The notes: generated from the sequence alone by a model not told the origin. 63,822 bases of DNA, filler included, from Platydemus manokwari (GCA_037951405.1; 6 parts of 6 records of this genome joined end to end with filler, not necessarily neighbours in it); one strand, 5' to 3'. Shown: positions 39,466-53,949, counted from the first letter of the whole stretch. Translations and numbers: made by a program.

Positions 39466-40557
39466 TGTTATGTTCGAGCCTTATTCAATTTATTGTTTAA
39501 CTAAGCTTTATCCTATTTGGTACCACTACAGTCTTAATCAGTCTCTAAGAGCTCGTGATTAAGGTCACGGGTGTGACATACCTTACGTTGATGTTCTTTC
39601 ACCTCGCACAACCTTAATGTGTGATGACAATAAGTGTGGCAGTAGCGATATATTTTACTTAACCTAAATATCAGTCTCAAAATTTATAAAACTATACCTA
39701 TTGAAAACTATTATCTATATTAATAACAATGAGTAACAATTTTACAATCCCCATATGAAAAATAACTAAGATTTATTATTACAAATATTTATCAACAATT
39801 AAAATCAATACAAAAACTGGTTAACAATAACAACAATGGATTTTAAAACTACAACTGTACATCAAATTATACTTATAAAGGACCTTACAACTTCCAGAAA
39901 AAAGAACGGTTGACTATCTCTAACTCGAGGAGTGGAACCTTTACCTTGAAGATCTTTGAGCAAAAACTCTATCATATTAAATACAAGATAGGGTATATAA
40001 TATAGATAAATATTTTACAGGTATGATTCTTATTTTGGGTCTTCCAGTAAATACCGGGCATGTGCCCGAATATTGGTCTTCTGCACCAGATGATCTTCCA
40101 CAGCGCCTCGAATTGAAATTTAAATACTTCTTCAATTGATGTAGCGTATGAAATTGTGGTCAGTGAAATTTTGATTGCGAAAAATAATGACAGTGTTGAT
40201 TGTGATTACTGCCTTATATAGGTAGTGTGAATCACTCGCAGGTACTGTTTGCGATTCAATCTAATGCCAATGAATTTATTCCTTGGTGAGAGAAATTCTC
40301 TCTGAGCAAATTTATTAGACAGAGAAAATATCTCTCGATTAAATTTAATCGAGTGATTAGTTTATTCTGTGACAGAATTTTCATGCCCAAAAATAGATGA
40401 CAACTTATTTGTCGCTGTTAATGCGCGATATCTCATTGCGTATCGATATTTTATAAATTAATTCATTATTTTAGGGAATTTCGACGGATTTGCTAACGGT
40501 GATCTTAACGGTGTTATCATTTTACGTATATATAAATAATAATTATTAGAAATATCA
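39466..40557 (-). mobile_element. LTR-like dispersed repeat (probable solo LTR), copy 1
   Basis: TG...CA bounded, about 1.1 kb. Shares an ordered motif set with the 50769 and 58700 copies: CTTCCAGTA..ATAC.GGGCAT, CTTATATAGG.AG (minus-strand TATA), AGAGAAATTCTCT, TGCGCGATA. No clear target-site duplication. Confidence 0.55.
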
Positions 40558-40695
40558 ATATTTAAAACAGGTTTTTACTCAAAATTCTAAGAGTTGTAGA
40601 AACATACTTCATACGTACTGTCATGCAAATGTATACACATAGTTTTTTTCAAATGTGAATTAATTGTTGTATGTAACTTGTTGAGCCAGAATCCC

Positions 40696-40795
40696 NNNNN
40701 NNNNNNNNNNNNNNNNNNNNNNNNNNNNNNNNNNNNNNNTTAATTAATTAANNNNNNNNNNNNNNNNNNNNNNNNNNNNNNNNNNNNNNNNNNNN
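40696..40795. other. Artificial assembly spacer
   Basis: N44-TTAATTAATTAA-N44. Confidence 0.98.
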
Positions 40796-41049
40796 TTTAA
40801 CCACAACTATTTAAAAAAATAAATTCAATTTTACATAAATATGATTTTATATAAAATTAGAATTAAAAATTTGATTCATTTAAAATATCTCACACATATA
40901 AATCAACAAAATTCAAAATGCATTTTCTTCGATGCTTAGAGAAAGATTTAAATATTAAACTAAGCTACGCAAATAATGATATGATTTCAAATATTGAGTA
41001 AAATGTTAAACAAATGGAATTTACAAAATTATGCTATAAAATATTCAAG

Positions 41050-41350
41050 AGTGCTTCTCATCGATTTGGGAATAATCGATTATAATGATATGTTCAAGCA
41101 CAGTGAATCCGGTGACAGCTGATATTTATAGACAGAAATTCGATCGATTTTTTTGGGGTTTTTGTCAAAGAAAAAGTCCGATATTATTTTACAAAAGAAA
41201 AATGAATGGTACAACTCCACAAAGACGCCATACAACATGTTGCGGAAACGCTCAAATTAATCGAATAACTACTAGGAGAAGTGCTACTCAATCTTGCTGC
41301 AAAATATCCCAATCGGATTAATTATAAATGTCTTTCGGTTCCTGTAAAAT
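41050..41350 (+). mobile_element. mariner transposase remnant
   Basis: GIIDY...VTADIYRQKFDRF...KSPILFYKRK..VQLHKDAIQHVAET...LLGEVLLN resembles mariner 'GII.Y...T.NA..Y.QQL.RL...KRP....K.V.LH.DNA.PH.A....LGWEVL.H'. Confidence 0.55.
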
Positions 41351-42324
41351 CGTTTCTAATTAATAGTTCGGGAACAAGATATAAAATATGAACTAAATAT
41401 CCCAAATATGGTTGATTTATTCCTCGAAATTTGCCAGAAATTTAATAAATAAATAAATATTCTAAACATCTATATTATTTACATGCAATGAGCATGTTAA
41501 ATTGATAAATTTATTTAAAAATAAAACCCATAAAGATTTTAACACAGAAATCAAGAAAATTGTTAACCCAAAAAGGATACAAATTATTTAATAAAATTTA
41601 AAAATTCTGCTACTTAAAGTTCGAATTATAAAAATTAAAAGCACAATAAGTTAGATGGTGAAATATTTAAAATAAAGATTGTCCCGAGAAATTGTATAAT
41701 AAATTTAATTATGCTATTATTAAGATTGCTACTTGAGCATGAAGTCAGTAAGAAGATGAGCTCTGATTCAGAAAAATCTCTCATTCAATGAACTATGTGA
41801 ATATAAAGAAGATTTGGCAGAAATTTAAATCTCGAAATCTGTTGATTACAATTATAATTATTTTCGGACATTGATTTATTCAGAGAACTAGAACTTATTA
41901 AAACTAACTTCTCCATGACATATAAAAACCCATTGACATTTTATTAAACAAAATACAATTTAACTTTAATGAATTCTATTCTCTTCATTAACTTATGAGA
42001 TCCAAAATCCTTCGGAACCGAGAAGCAAATATTAATGGTATCACCTTTGACAATAAATTAACGCCAAGAATTTTAAAATGTCTATTAATGAATTGAAAAA
42101 TCCAAACAATGGCATATTTTTGAATAAAAGTATTTCAATAACATAAATATTTATAATTATTCTTTATAATGATTTCAATATTCTTCATTCTTCTATTACC
42201 TATTAAAATTTAAGAACGTATAAACAACTGTTTCAAAGAGTTTGGGGATATTTTAAATGGCATAGCGGTACAAAAAATAAATTGTTTAAGCTACAATGAA
42301 TGAGATAAAATTTAAGGAACCAAC

Positions 42325-45300
42325 CTAATCCAGTGCTTCAAATAATGACCAAAATTATAACCAAAAAAGGGTCTCATGGCAAACGGGTCGTGCATAATCA
42401 TTTTCCCTTTAAATTCTGCTGCAGCCGTGGCCTCCGATCTGACCGATGCACCAATAAATACCCCATGATTCCAAGATAAACTCTCATAAATTAATGGAAC
42501 TCCTTCTGGTCTTCGACCTCCAAAGATAATTGCTTCCACATATACTCCTTCTGGTGCCTCCCATTTTGGATCAATAATCGGACATTGTTTAGCTGGTGTA
42601 CAAAATCGTGAATTCGGATGAGAAGACGGTGTTCCTGAATCCTAATAATAGATTTGAAAAATAAAAATATGGATTTCCTCGATTTCAAAACCTTTTTCCA
42701 CGGCTTATTGTGCCAATCTGTTATGGTCAAGTTAGATATGTCAATATCCTTTTCCAGACCTTCCCAGAAATAACCGCCATCACTTGTCATTGCTACGTTA
42801 GTAAAAATGGTATTTGATTGTACGCATTTGATTGCATTTGGATTGGTCTGATTTGATGTTCCTGGTGCTACACCGAAAAATCCGGCCTCGGGATTAATTG
42901 CCCTGAGTTCTCCTTTATCGTTAAATTTCATCCATGCTATATCATCACCAACGCATTCAACCTTCAAACAAGTATTTAATTTGACTTAATCCATTTCAAA
43001 CTAACTTTGTTTTTCTTAAACACTTAATATAAAAAAATTATTGTTGAGTAAATGAAGCTGACTAGAGGTTTACATGGTATAACAATAGATGTTAATAATA
43101 GAGTTGGTAGATTCCAACAATTAATAATAAAAACACTCAATGAAATCAGTCAAAGAAAAGAACTTTAAATAAACATACAGGCTTGAGTCTAATAGTTTCT
43201 AAAAATTATATAATATATAATAATATATCATATTATGCCGTTATTACAATTAGGTTTGTAAACATCCTCTGAAAAGGGAAAGGATTTATCTTTCTCATTT
43301 CATTGAACAAGTATTAAAGATTAATAAATGTGATTGAAAGATAGTTTGATTTAGTATTGAATTATAATGTCTTACTATATTCTAGCGACATATAACCAGT
43401 TAATATTTTAATAATATATAAACTGACTTTGTAGCCTTTCAATGTCGGTTCAAGCATTGCAAGATTGGTTTTGCCACAAGCACTGGGAAAAGCAGCCGTC
43501 ATATATTTCTTTTGTCCTTTTGCATTTGTTATACCTAAAATCTGGAAAAATCTGTTTGATGGAAAGATCAATTAATGAAACAATATTACCAACATATGTT
43601 CTGCCAACCATCCTTCTTTATGACCAAGAATCGAACCTATTCGTAATGCAAAACATTTTTTACCCAAGAGTGAATTTCCACCGTAGCCACTGCCAAAACT
43701 CATAATTTCATTATCATCTGGAATATGAGCGACTATTAATTTTTCCGGATTGCAAGGCCAATTGTTTATTAAAGTTCCTAAAGCGATAAAAATCATGTGA
43801 TATTTTGTGAAACAAAAATAAGCTGATCTCTAACTCTGAAGTGGTAACGGACAACCAACGCTGTGTAATCCTTTGACGAATGGAGCTTTTTTTTCCAATA
43901 ACTTCATAACTGCACTACCCATCCTTGTCATTATTCTCATGCTGGCTACCACATATGCCGAATCTGTTAACTCGACCCCACACTTCGAAAGAGGTCCTCC
44001 GACTGGGCCCATACTAAATGGTATAACATACATTGTTCGACCTAAATAAGACGTGTTATAACATGTTAATTATCACAGATATCTTTAATTAAAATAGGAT
44101 TTATTAGCAACAATTTTTGAATGACGTGGTAGTTTAGTATATCTAATAATAGGGGATTTGTTGATCGAACAGTTTATAATTCCAATAGATAGTTCACTGA
44201 TACATAGATTTCGCAAATCCATAATTCAATAATTTATTCACCAGTAAACCTAAATTATGACCACTATAAGCCACACTCATTGAAAACGAACTAAAAGTCA
44301 CGACACCAAATACAATTATATAAACAAATTAATATAATTTTATATAAAATTTGAATTAAATAATTAAAAATTTAATTGATTCAAAAATTCTCAACCACGT
44401 TACACGACTACATTAACACAAATCACTTGACTATGGAGACCTGTTGTAATCAATATCAGCAAATCACTCAAAGTAATCACTATATTTTTATCATCAACCG
44501 AATTCTGTTTCAATTGATATAAACTCCGTTAGAAATATAAAAATTACAATGAAAAATAAATTTATACGATTTATTGTAAAAATTTAAGTTTTGTTTAAAT
44601 CATGAATATATTATTTGATATTAAATCCAAGATACGAAAAATTGAAATAAACATCTTGAGAATATTCAATTCAATACAATGTTTCTGTAATGTTCCCCTA
44701 ATAGATCTCATATAAAATAAGACACGTAATTTGGGAATATTGTTTGATTGCTTCTAAGTGGGTGCATAACTGCTGATGATGAATTATCATGTAAAAGCAA
44801 CGAACAATTAAAGAAATTATCCAACTGGAGAATTGATTGGAGGAATATATAAATTGTAATGGTTTTGAGATTGTGTGTTGGTTAAACCGATCAGTGACAA
44901 TTCCGACTTTGAATATCAATGGTCCACTTTTGCAGTACTTTAATCATTATAATAATTCAACATAATTCATTCGTCAAATTAGAATCCAAAGCCTTATCAC
45001 TCAAATTTACTATCTCTCAATTGGCCGAGAGAACCCATTGAGATTGTATTTTGGTTTCATATCGGCATGTCCATCACAAGAATAACTAAATATCTAGGAG
45101 CATTTTATAATATTAAATCAAACTAGATAAGATGTTTGTAATATCAATTCTCTAACCTTTCATACAACCTGGATATAATTCGCCCGCTAACTTTCTGAAT
45201 TCGTCGACATTCATCCAATTGCCCAGTAAACTCGTCGCTCCAGCTTTGGTGATTGCAACGGCAGTTCTTTTGTCTTTTGTGCAAATTACAGTTTTCGATT

Positions 45301-48300
45301 CTACTCGAGCCACATCGGCCGGATCGGTTAAACTCAGCCAGCAATTTTTATATTTTTTCAATTGTTTTATCATACCTAAATTAAAATATAAAATAATAAT
45401 TCTCCTTATTCATCATCATCATCGATAAATTGAATGAAAATATTATATTCTGAATCTGATATTTCAATGACTTTCATTCAATCTTGATCTTAATCCAATG
45501 ATTCGAATTGAGATATCAGATTCGTGGAGAAAATAAAGATTATAATTACCAGTTTTAATCCAAATGAATTCGACGAATATCATGAACGATATTTTCAGTA
45601 TACAAATATGATGTTTTTAATCAGCAAAAAATAATTTAAATAACTAAGGCTGTATAATTTTGAAATCCACAAATCTAATATTAAAAAGAATATCTAAAAA
45701 TTGTGATCTGATATTCGTTAATGAGTAACCTAAATATATTCTCATTAAATATTGCATTTTTATTGGAAAAAATCTAAAATGTTTTTAAACTATATTATAA
45801 GTAATGGATAATCAAATTCTTTGGATAAGGTAATGGGGGTAATAGAATCTCATAAATTCAATTTATGTGGAACTTTATTTAAAATATTTTCCAGTCAATA
45901 TTTAATTTTGAAGGTCATCGTGGTAAGTTTAAAATTAGGTTTAAGGAAACTTATAAATGGAAATTTTATAATAGATGATGTAGTTGTTTTAAAATGGTAT
46001 AAGGGCATAGAAACACATCAGTGTGAGCTTTAAAAAGAAGACTTTACTGAAAAACATGTTATATAAAATTTTCTGATGGGCCTGAATAGATTAAATTGAT
46101 ATGATTCTATTATTTCCATCAGTTATAATATAATTGATTTATAAGATTTAAGTGACAAATATAAAATGAATGAAAAAAAACAATAAAAAATTAAAAAAAA
46201 TAAAAGAAAATAATATAAAAAATGGTCATTATAATACGCAAAAAAATCATTTGCACAAGGCACTTGTTCTGTCGATCATGATATCAACAATCTACAACCT
46301 GTCACTAAACCAATACCATAGCACTGTCAATCAAATGGAGAACCCTTACAATTAACGCGTTTAACTCAATTACTCGACAAATAATTATCTCCTCAAGCAA
46401 ATTTTAAGTAATAATATCAAGCGATAATGTAAACACATAAAACATTGAACCATAACATGCAGTTCATTCAAACAAATATCGTAATATTCAAGAATATATG
46501 TTTACAAATCACGATAAGCATTTCGTTCCATAAAATATCAACCAACAATCTAGTTTGTGGAATAAATGGAAAAATAAAATAAAAATAAATTCAATAATAA
46601 TATTAAATATATCTCAAGCAGTTATTTGACTGGAAAATGTGGGCATTCATTTTAATAGAGTTTGAAAAGAGAGAAAATCTAAAAATTCAGCTTTAATAAA
46701 AAGTTTTTAGTCATTGCCATTTAATATCAACATTATTCACTTCTAATAATTGGAGTCATAAAAATCTGTCCATATTTTGGACAGACTTATTCATTACAGT
46801 TTCGATTAAGATATTCTTTATCTCAATAATTTCACATGTTTTTTATTACCTATAATTCGACAGTAGTTTCATATACTGAAAATGGCCAATATATTTTATT
46901 ATTAACGGTGATTTGAAATGCTTATTTTCGATATAAGAAATAAAGACGAAATATATACATATACATATGCATACATTATATTACACAAAAGGTGGTTACG
47001 GTAAATAACTTATAAATCATTAAAGGTTTTTTGGCAATGATATCTAATATATAATATGAATAAACAAGTTATATATGTGACCATTATGGTCTGATGATCA
47101 TAAGACTTCATTATGAAATTTTGAAACCATTGAATGTCTTAAAATTGTGATGATAATTAATGACCACTTGTCGCAAGTAAATCCCTTAATCAACCAAAAA
47201 AGTATATTCCAAATTTAATTTTTACTGTGTAATCCACTAATAATCTCACATCAATTACTGACAACTGAAAGGTCCGAATATAAAACAACTCATGTTTTTT
47301 TTTAATATTTTGAAAAAATTCTTGCCTAATTACAGACGAATCGATATGTTCTCTCATTCTTTATTCAGAAATATTTTGTCAACTTTTTCAAAATACACAA
47401 TACAATATTTTGAGAAATTGCTCTGATAAATGGTGGAAGAAATCCTTTGTATAATCCTCTTACTTTCATTGAAGATACTTTTCATACAAGAATACAGGCC
47501 TCTATTTAAATATTCACATTCGTTCATGATGATGTTCTTACTTAGACTATATAAATAGGTAAAAGGAGAATTAACGTAGCCACACTTGATCCAAACACTG
47601 CAGCAATATGTGCACTAGTCTTATGTTTCAAAAGTTGGTATTTACGTGGTTCATATCCGGCAGCTTGATCGGATATAAAAAGGAACGACATCATATATTT
47701 CAAAATCATTCTCGTAAACAATGTAGACATTCCTACTTGTTTAATAACCTTTGTAAGTCAGTGAAAATAAATTTATAATTTCTTCTCATTTCTTTACGTG
47801 ATTTTAGGATTACAAATAACATCTACTATTGTCGTCATATTTGAAGCGATCATCTGTTGTGATGCGTCAAGCTGTTGGATTTACAATAAATAATTTTAGA
47901 AAGCATCCTACGTTTCTAATCGGAACATTGTAGAACTCATATGACCTGCAAATATACTGCGAATTCCTCTTTGTTTCACCATATTTCTTGCCAAAGTCAC
48001 AACACCTTTTTGATTATTCTTTTGGATCTGTAATTAAACTCTCAATAAATCGAGAGGATGAGGGACACACATAGCCAAAGTACTCGACAGTTCACCAAAA
48101 TACCATCTTGGTTTATTCTGTTCTTTACCGTTATCCATAATATAAATTATTTTATATTTTCTAAATATTGATTATATTTATTGTGTTAACATTTTTATAT
48201 AGTGAAATATTATTGAGGAATATTGGCTAATATCAAGTGGGTTATCTTTCGGATCTTGGTTGAAATTGGATATCGAAATGGTGGTTTATTGAAAATCCAT

Positions 48301-48602
48301 ATTCAAACATTTCGGTGAACTAATTTATATAAATATAAACAAAGTTTGATTCACGATTATTTATATTTTATATTATTACAATACCATAATTTTAATAAAT
48401 GATAATTTAAAAGAAATATTATTATATTATTATATTAATATAAATAACCTGCATCAATCAGCAGCTTAAGCAATTCTTCATTCTCTTGATCGGTTCCGGT
48501 GCAAATATGAATTTTATCCGGTTTACAAATTTCGGCCTTCTCTAAGACAAACTTTTTCACTTCAGCCGGTAAGTCTTTGACAGTGGCTCCGTAGTCAGTC
48601 AT
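42325..48602 (-). CDS. PCK: Phosphoenolpyruvate carboxykinase (GTP); exons 48449-48602, 45157-45375, 43835-44041, 43590-43777, 43428-43541, 42692-42961, 42325-42641; last exon(s) missing
   Basis: Hallmark motifs [118 protein letters not shown]; all introns GT-AG and phase-compatible. Confidence 0.97.
47365..48138 (-). pseudogene. SLC25A10: Processed pseudogene of the mitochondrial dicarboxylate carrier inside PEPCK intron 1
   Basis: [36 protein letters not shown]...GIRSIFAG...[30 protein letters not shown]; compare DIC 'SRWYFGGLAS..A.CCTHPLDLLKVHLQ' and 'FYKGLVPA.IRL.P..VL.F..LEQLRK.F'. Near full length, no introns seen, many stops. Confidence 0.8.
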
Positions 48603-49799
48603 TGATTTATCAAATTTAAAATTCAAAACTGTCAATCGATAATTTTAAAATCGAAAATGTTATTCGTAAAGAAATTTTTTAATAGAAGTATTTATTAGAA
48701 TGGTAAATGAATTCTCGTAATTGATGATTAGATGGTGCCTCTAATTCATATCCATTTGATAACAATAAATAATTAATAATAATGTAATAAATATTTATAA
48801 AGATCTTTTAGTCATATGCTGTAACTATTTTCCTTTAATAATGTTTATACTAATGTTTAAAAATAAAAATACCACACACAACATCATGGTTAGTAATGGG
48901 TTATAGAAGCAACGAAAATAAAATACTAATACCAACACCAGTATTATTCCTATATTGATGCTATTCCTATACAATTTATGATTTACTTCACTCCTCTGCT
49001 TAAGCGCTTTCAGTTTCTAATGCAGGTTAGTACTAAACGAAGACTTATGATCTGATGACATAACTATAGAAGAATATTAATGGATTAACAAATCCCACAA
49101 TTAAAAATAGCATATAAACAAACTCAATGAGAGTCAGATCGCACAACAATTTTACTGCAAAGCTTTCTTCATTACGTGAAGACGACCTCATATTTGATCA
49201 TTCACTATAGATATCATTACGTATTAGGATTTATCATTTCGTTATCATATTTTATATGCAGAATTCACAAGCAGCGTTATCGGAACATTAACCACTATTA
49301 ATACGTATTCACAAGTAAGGGTTTTATTCAAACCAATTTAATTCCAATTCTGTACCGAGACATGGTAATTATTATCCTTATCGCTATTAATTTATTCGCA
49401 TCAATATTCGACAAGAGATTCCTTGTGAAACATTATTTATACCAACTCCACAAAGTCTAACCACAATATCACAAGGTTTTTTGATTTTATATCCCTTCGT
49501 CGAATTTTCTATGGTTGGGTCACTACATTGCTTTTTTAAACGTTATGCATTACACAAATGTTATCATATTGAATATATCTATTATATTGTTTATTGCTCT
49601 TTATTTCATTAGTAATACTCACCTAATTATGTCAAATCTTTAGTGGAAGCATCAATTTTCGATCTCTAACTGCTCATACATTATTAACGGCTTGAATCAT
49701 CTGGAATACCTTGTTGATTTAAATTCACAGTATATTATAAGTAACAAAGAGAAGGTTTGTTAGTTAAGAATATTTCATTATCTAAGGTCTCAATAGGAG

Positions 49800-50640
49800 C
49801 CTTAGACTTGATTGGATAGCCACCCCAGGTTTGGCACTTCCTGGTCTTAGGTAGAAATAACCTTTTACCGCTATATTACCTGACTTTCCGTGTAAAAAGG
49901 GTAAAGATTTGAATTGCCGTCTGTGTGATACTGCAGTGGAATCGATGGCCCACATACTCAAATATTGCATTGGTAACCCTTATGGAGCGACCTCTAAGCA
50001 CAATGCAGTGCCTGCAATTATGAATAAAATACTTATTGCTTTAGGATATAATGTCAACACTGACTGCTCGCCAACTGAGGTGAAGGCTTCTTTACGTCCT
50101 GATTTAATAATTCAAACTTCGGGTAGTAAAAACTAGAAATACATACATTCCTTGTAGATCTTAAGGTTCCACTTGATAGAGAAAAAAACTTTACGAATAA
50201 CTTCAAGAGAAACTACCGAAAGTATGAAGATCTGGGAGTTCAAATAGCTAGGCAATCCTGAACTTCAGTGAGTGTTCATGTGTTAAATTTATGTTGTTTA
50301 GGATCATGGGATCCATAGAATGATGGAGCCTTGAGACTATTAGGGTTAGATAGTAAGAGTTTTAATGAGTTGGCTTCCCTTCTTGTTACTTTTTCTTTTG
50401 TAGAATCACATAACTTATGTAGGTCTCATATAGCTGATACGTTTTGCAGTCACTCTCTTTTATTGTTTATTATACTTTCTTTTGATTGATGGAGTCTACG
50501 TCTTATCAGTACCCTGAGTCCGTCTTGACCCTCAGGTAGTATTATGATCTTATGAGTTTTGTTGTTTATTCGCCTCGACGATCGCAACTTATATGGCGAT
50601 AAGCGGATAGGCGTAGAAATCGATTTTATTTTAGTAATTG
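49800..50640 (+). mobile_element. 3' fragment of an RLE-type non-LTR retrotransposon (NeSL/R2-like) with 3' UTR
   Basis: CCHC finger CRLC...ESMAHILKYC, KHNAV, RPDLII, VDLKVP, KYEDL, LGSWDP*ND: the restriction-like endonuclease C-terminus. Confidence 0.85.
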
Positions 50641-50768
50641 CCTCTATTATTGTCATATTTATGGTATTGATTTTTGATGTTATTGATTCTTACTATCAGT
50701 CTCACTTAATAATACACCAGAATAATTTTAAAAGGTGATTAATGATAATGATTTATATATAATGAAAT

Positions 50769-51700
50769 TGTGATGTCTTAGGCCGACTGGCAGCTTTAAA
50801 AATTTATTATTGATTACAATTATACACCAATTACTACTTCTATACAATGATGGGGCTATAAATTACTACTTGTACTGTACTGTATACAATTATTAACAAT
50901 GATTACAATATACAATGATTTTATGCGGCTACTTTTATACACATAAACGACGGGATTTTTATACAATTCAGGAAAGCAGATGTTGGACAAAACAGTTACT
51001 CTTCGTGCTATTGGGTCAGTGTCCTTTTCTTCAGAGTTTTTTCCGAGCTCGGCTAGATAAATAGAAAGAATATGCGTTATAAATAATTGAATATGTGATT
51101 TTAAATGTGTTATCTTACTGTTTGTTCTTCCAGTAGAAAATACTGGGCATATCCAAATCCTCGTCCCGACAATGAATCGTCGATGTTAAGTTCGGATTCT
51201 TGTAAAAATTTGCCTATCGTGTTCTGATGTTCTCGTATCGTATATCGTGTCTTTATATTATGCCCTTAGATTGTCCACTTCAATGATAACAGCCACTGGC
51301 TTATATAGGCAGCGGTGAGTAATTCACAGATATTCTCTGTGAATTTAATTTAATGCTATGCATATATTTTTAATGCACTATGATTTATCGTGACAGAGAG
51401 AAATTCTCTGAAATTAATTCCACTAAGGCAGAGAGATTTTCTCTGCAAATATTAATACACGGTAATTTAGTTTATTTAATGCATGGCTATTATTTTATTT
51501 TAGCTGGATATTTTATTCGCAGTGCGCGATAATTTATTGCGCTGGATTATTTCGTAGATGAATTCAATATGTGTTTTGTTTTAATCGGTGAATTTATTAT
51601 AAGGTAATTTTAATGTATTTAATTTTATTATATTAATGCCGGGTTTTCTTATTAATTATAGGGATTATAAATTAAGGTTTAAATCATGTATTATATTATA
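50769..51700 (-). mobile_element. LTR-like dispersed repeat, copy 2
   Basis: Begins TGTGATGT; contains CTTCCAGTAGAAAATACTGGGCAT, CTTATATAGGCAG, AGAGAAATTCTCT and TGCGCGATA in the same order as 39466-40557. Right boundary approximate. Confidence 0.55.
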
Positions 51701-53949
51701 TTATATATAATTATATATTGCTTTATAATATTCCCGTCAGTTATAAAATTCCCCTGAATTTTCATAAAAAATGTTTTTCATGCAAAAAATGAAAATTGTA
51801 CATGCATGCAATTAATGTTAAAAAAATTGCCATAGGCCCCAAAACCCAACATAGCAATAGAGGCTAGGCCTCTAATAAACTACCTCGTCAACATATTTAA
51901 CACATGATAACACAATTACGGCTTATACAAACTTTACCAGTGTAGGTATTTCTATTATTGTTGTTTATAAGATGTATTTGAGAGGCAATATAATCTTCTC
52001 CGCATTTTTATCTTTTTATCTCTTTATTAAGGTGGTATTTAAGGGACAACCCTCTACACCTTTTATGACGTTTTATGTGAATCATTTAGATTTTCATTGT
52101 CACGTTTTATTAAGTGAATATTTTTTATCTAAATTATCATTTAATTATCAATAATGATGAATTTATTGTTTAATTTACAAATAAACCAAAACGTTGCATT
52201 TCATTTAAACAAAAGTTTTTTAAAAATTTAAATAATTAACACAACTCAAGCTTTAAGTAAAAATATTGGCTAAAATTAAAAAAGGGTCTTAAAATGAAAT
52301 TTTAAATTTGTTGAGCGTATTACAAAATTATATATAGTTTATTTACTTATATTCTTTAAAAACATTTTGAATTTTTTATTTAAGTACTTGAGAAGAATTT
52401 TAGTTGTTTGAAATCAAATATTAAATGGACTTGAGCTTAAAAATCTATTAAAATTTGATTATTTGAAAAAATGTAAAAAGGTCGTATTGCAATTTATTGA
52501 AAATTAACGAGGACCCCTATTTTTAACATTAGAGGCAAATTGAGAGATATTCCCAATTTTTACAATTATTTTATAAAAATACCCCATGATATTATTAAAC
52601 ATATCTGTAATTAACTAACTCGATTTATAATTATAAAAATTTAAAATTAAAAACTCAAATAATCAGATAGAAGTGTGGTGATTAGAATGGGAATTTGGTT
52701 TTGAAACTATGTTTTGTCACTCTCAGACATCTTAAAAAATGAGGTATTAACTGAATTATACGAATAAATCAAACACAGCAATTATATATAAAATTAACTT
52801 ATAAAATCATCTCATGCGTAAAAATTCATTATAACGAAAGTAGGTCAAAGGACCCTTTTTCTTAACTTAAGCCAAAATATTTAAATTAATTTTTTTAATG
52901 TTTGCCACTCATATAAACTTTACAAACTTGTGCCATGTTCGTAAAACCCGCTAACTAAAGTTTCAAAAATGTGGTGATTATAACTAACTGGATATATTAT
53001 TAATAATCAATATAATTTCGAACAATAATTATGTCATTATCAGAAAATTTTAACAAGAAAAAGTGCAACCAGCTATCTAAACTAATCATCATAGTTCTAA
53101 TAATAATTATTATTATTAATAATAATAAATTTTATAAGTTTATTGTTGTTAAAAATGCACAAGCCTTTGAACTTTTTAATGTTACATAAATTTATGTTTT
53201 GATTAAAAACTTTCAGAAATTGGAAATTATGGATATAAATATACAAAGAACCATTTATTTTGATTTAAACTGCTCTGAAAAATCTATCTAAATATAATTC
53301 TCTTTAAACTAATTTCAATGATAATAATCTATTTTGACAGTAGTATAAAATTGTCAAAAATATAAGTAAAAATTAACATAAAAATGGGTTTTCGTGAATA
53401 TTAAAAAATATATATATTTCTTATGCGTGGGCGTTTTTCATCTAATTACCAATCTATTTTATATATTTGGCATAAGTACCGGCGGCCTAGTATTGATCTT
53501 TTCAAAATCAGAATTAGAGATAGGATTCATTTTAATGAACAATAAATTAAATCGATGAAAGATAAAATATAATTGCTGATATTGTATCCGAATTTCATTG
53601 TATTTGAACGAGATCCGCGACTGATAAATATTTATTAGCGAAAGATAAACTTTTAGATTGATTGAATAGATGACTATATATATTCAGCAATTCAATGTTT
53701 TCATTCCAATATGGTTTTGGGTTTACGGCATAAATGATGACAAACGATGATTTTGTAATTGACCATAGATGGTCTCACCGTAAAATGTGAATAATGGAAG
53801 AATTATGTTAATAAATAAAATAATAAGGTTTAAAAAATACATTAATCAAGCCATAATTAATAAAATATTCTAAAAATCAATAAAACATGTATAATAATAA
53901 ATAAATAATCGTCCTGTACATCTACCCATTCGAAACTAATCCCGATATA

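Noticed and set aside
40289-40301. AGAGAAATTCTCT near-palindromes as heat-shock elements
   Set aside because: Spacing is GAA-N-TTC rather than GAA-NN-TTC, and they are internal motifs of a dispersed repeat.
47880-48040. In-frame TAA/TAG in the SLC25A10 and Polinton genes as an alternative genetic code
   Set aside because: Stops replace different residues and co-occur with frameshifts, while intact genes here use TAA/TGA as normal terminators; ordinary pseudogenisation fits better.
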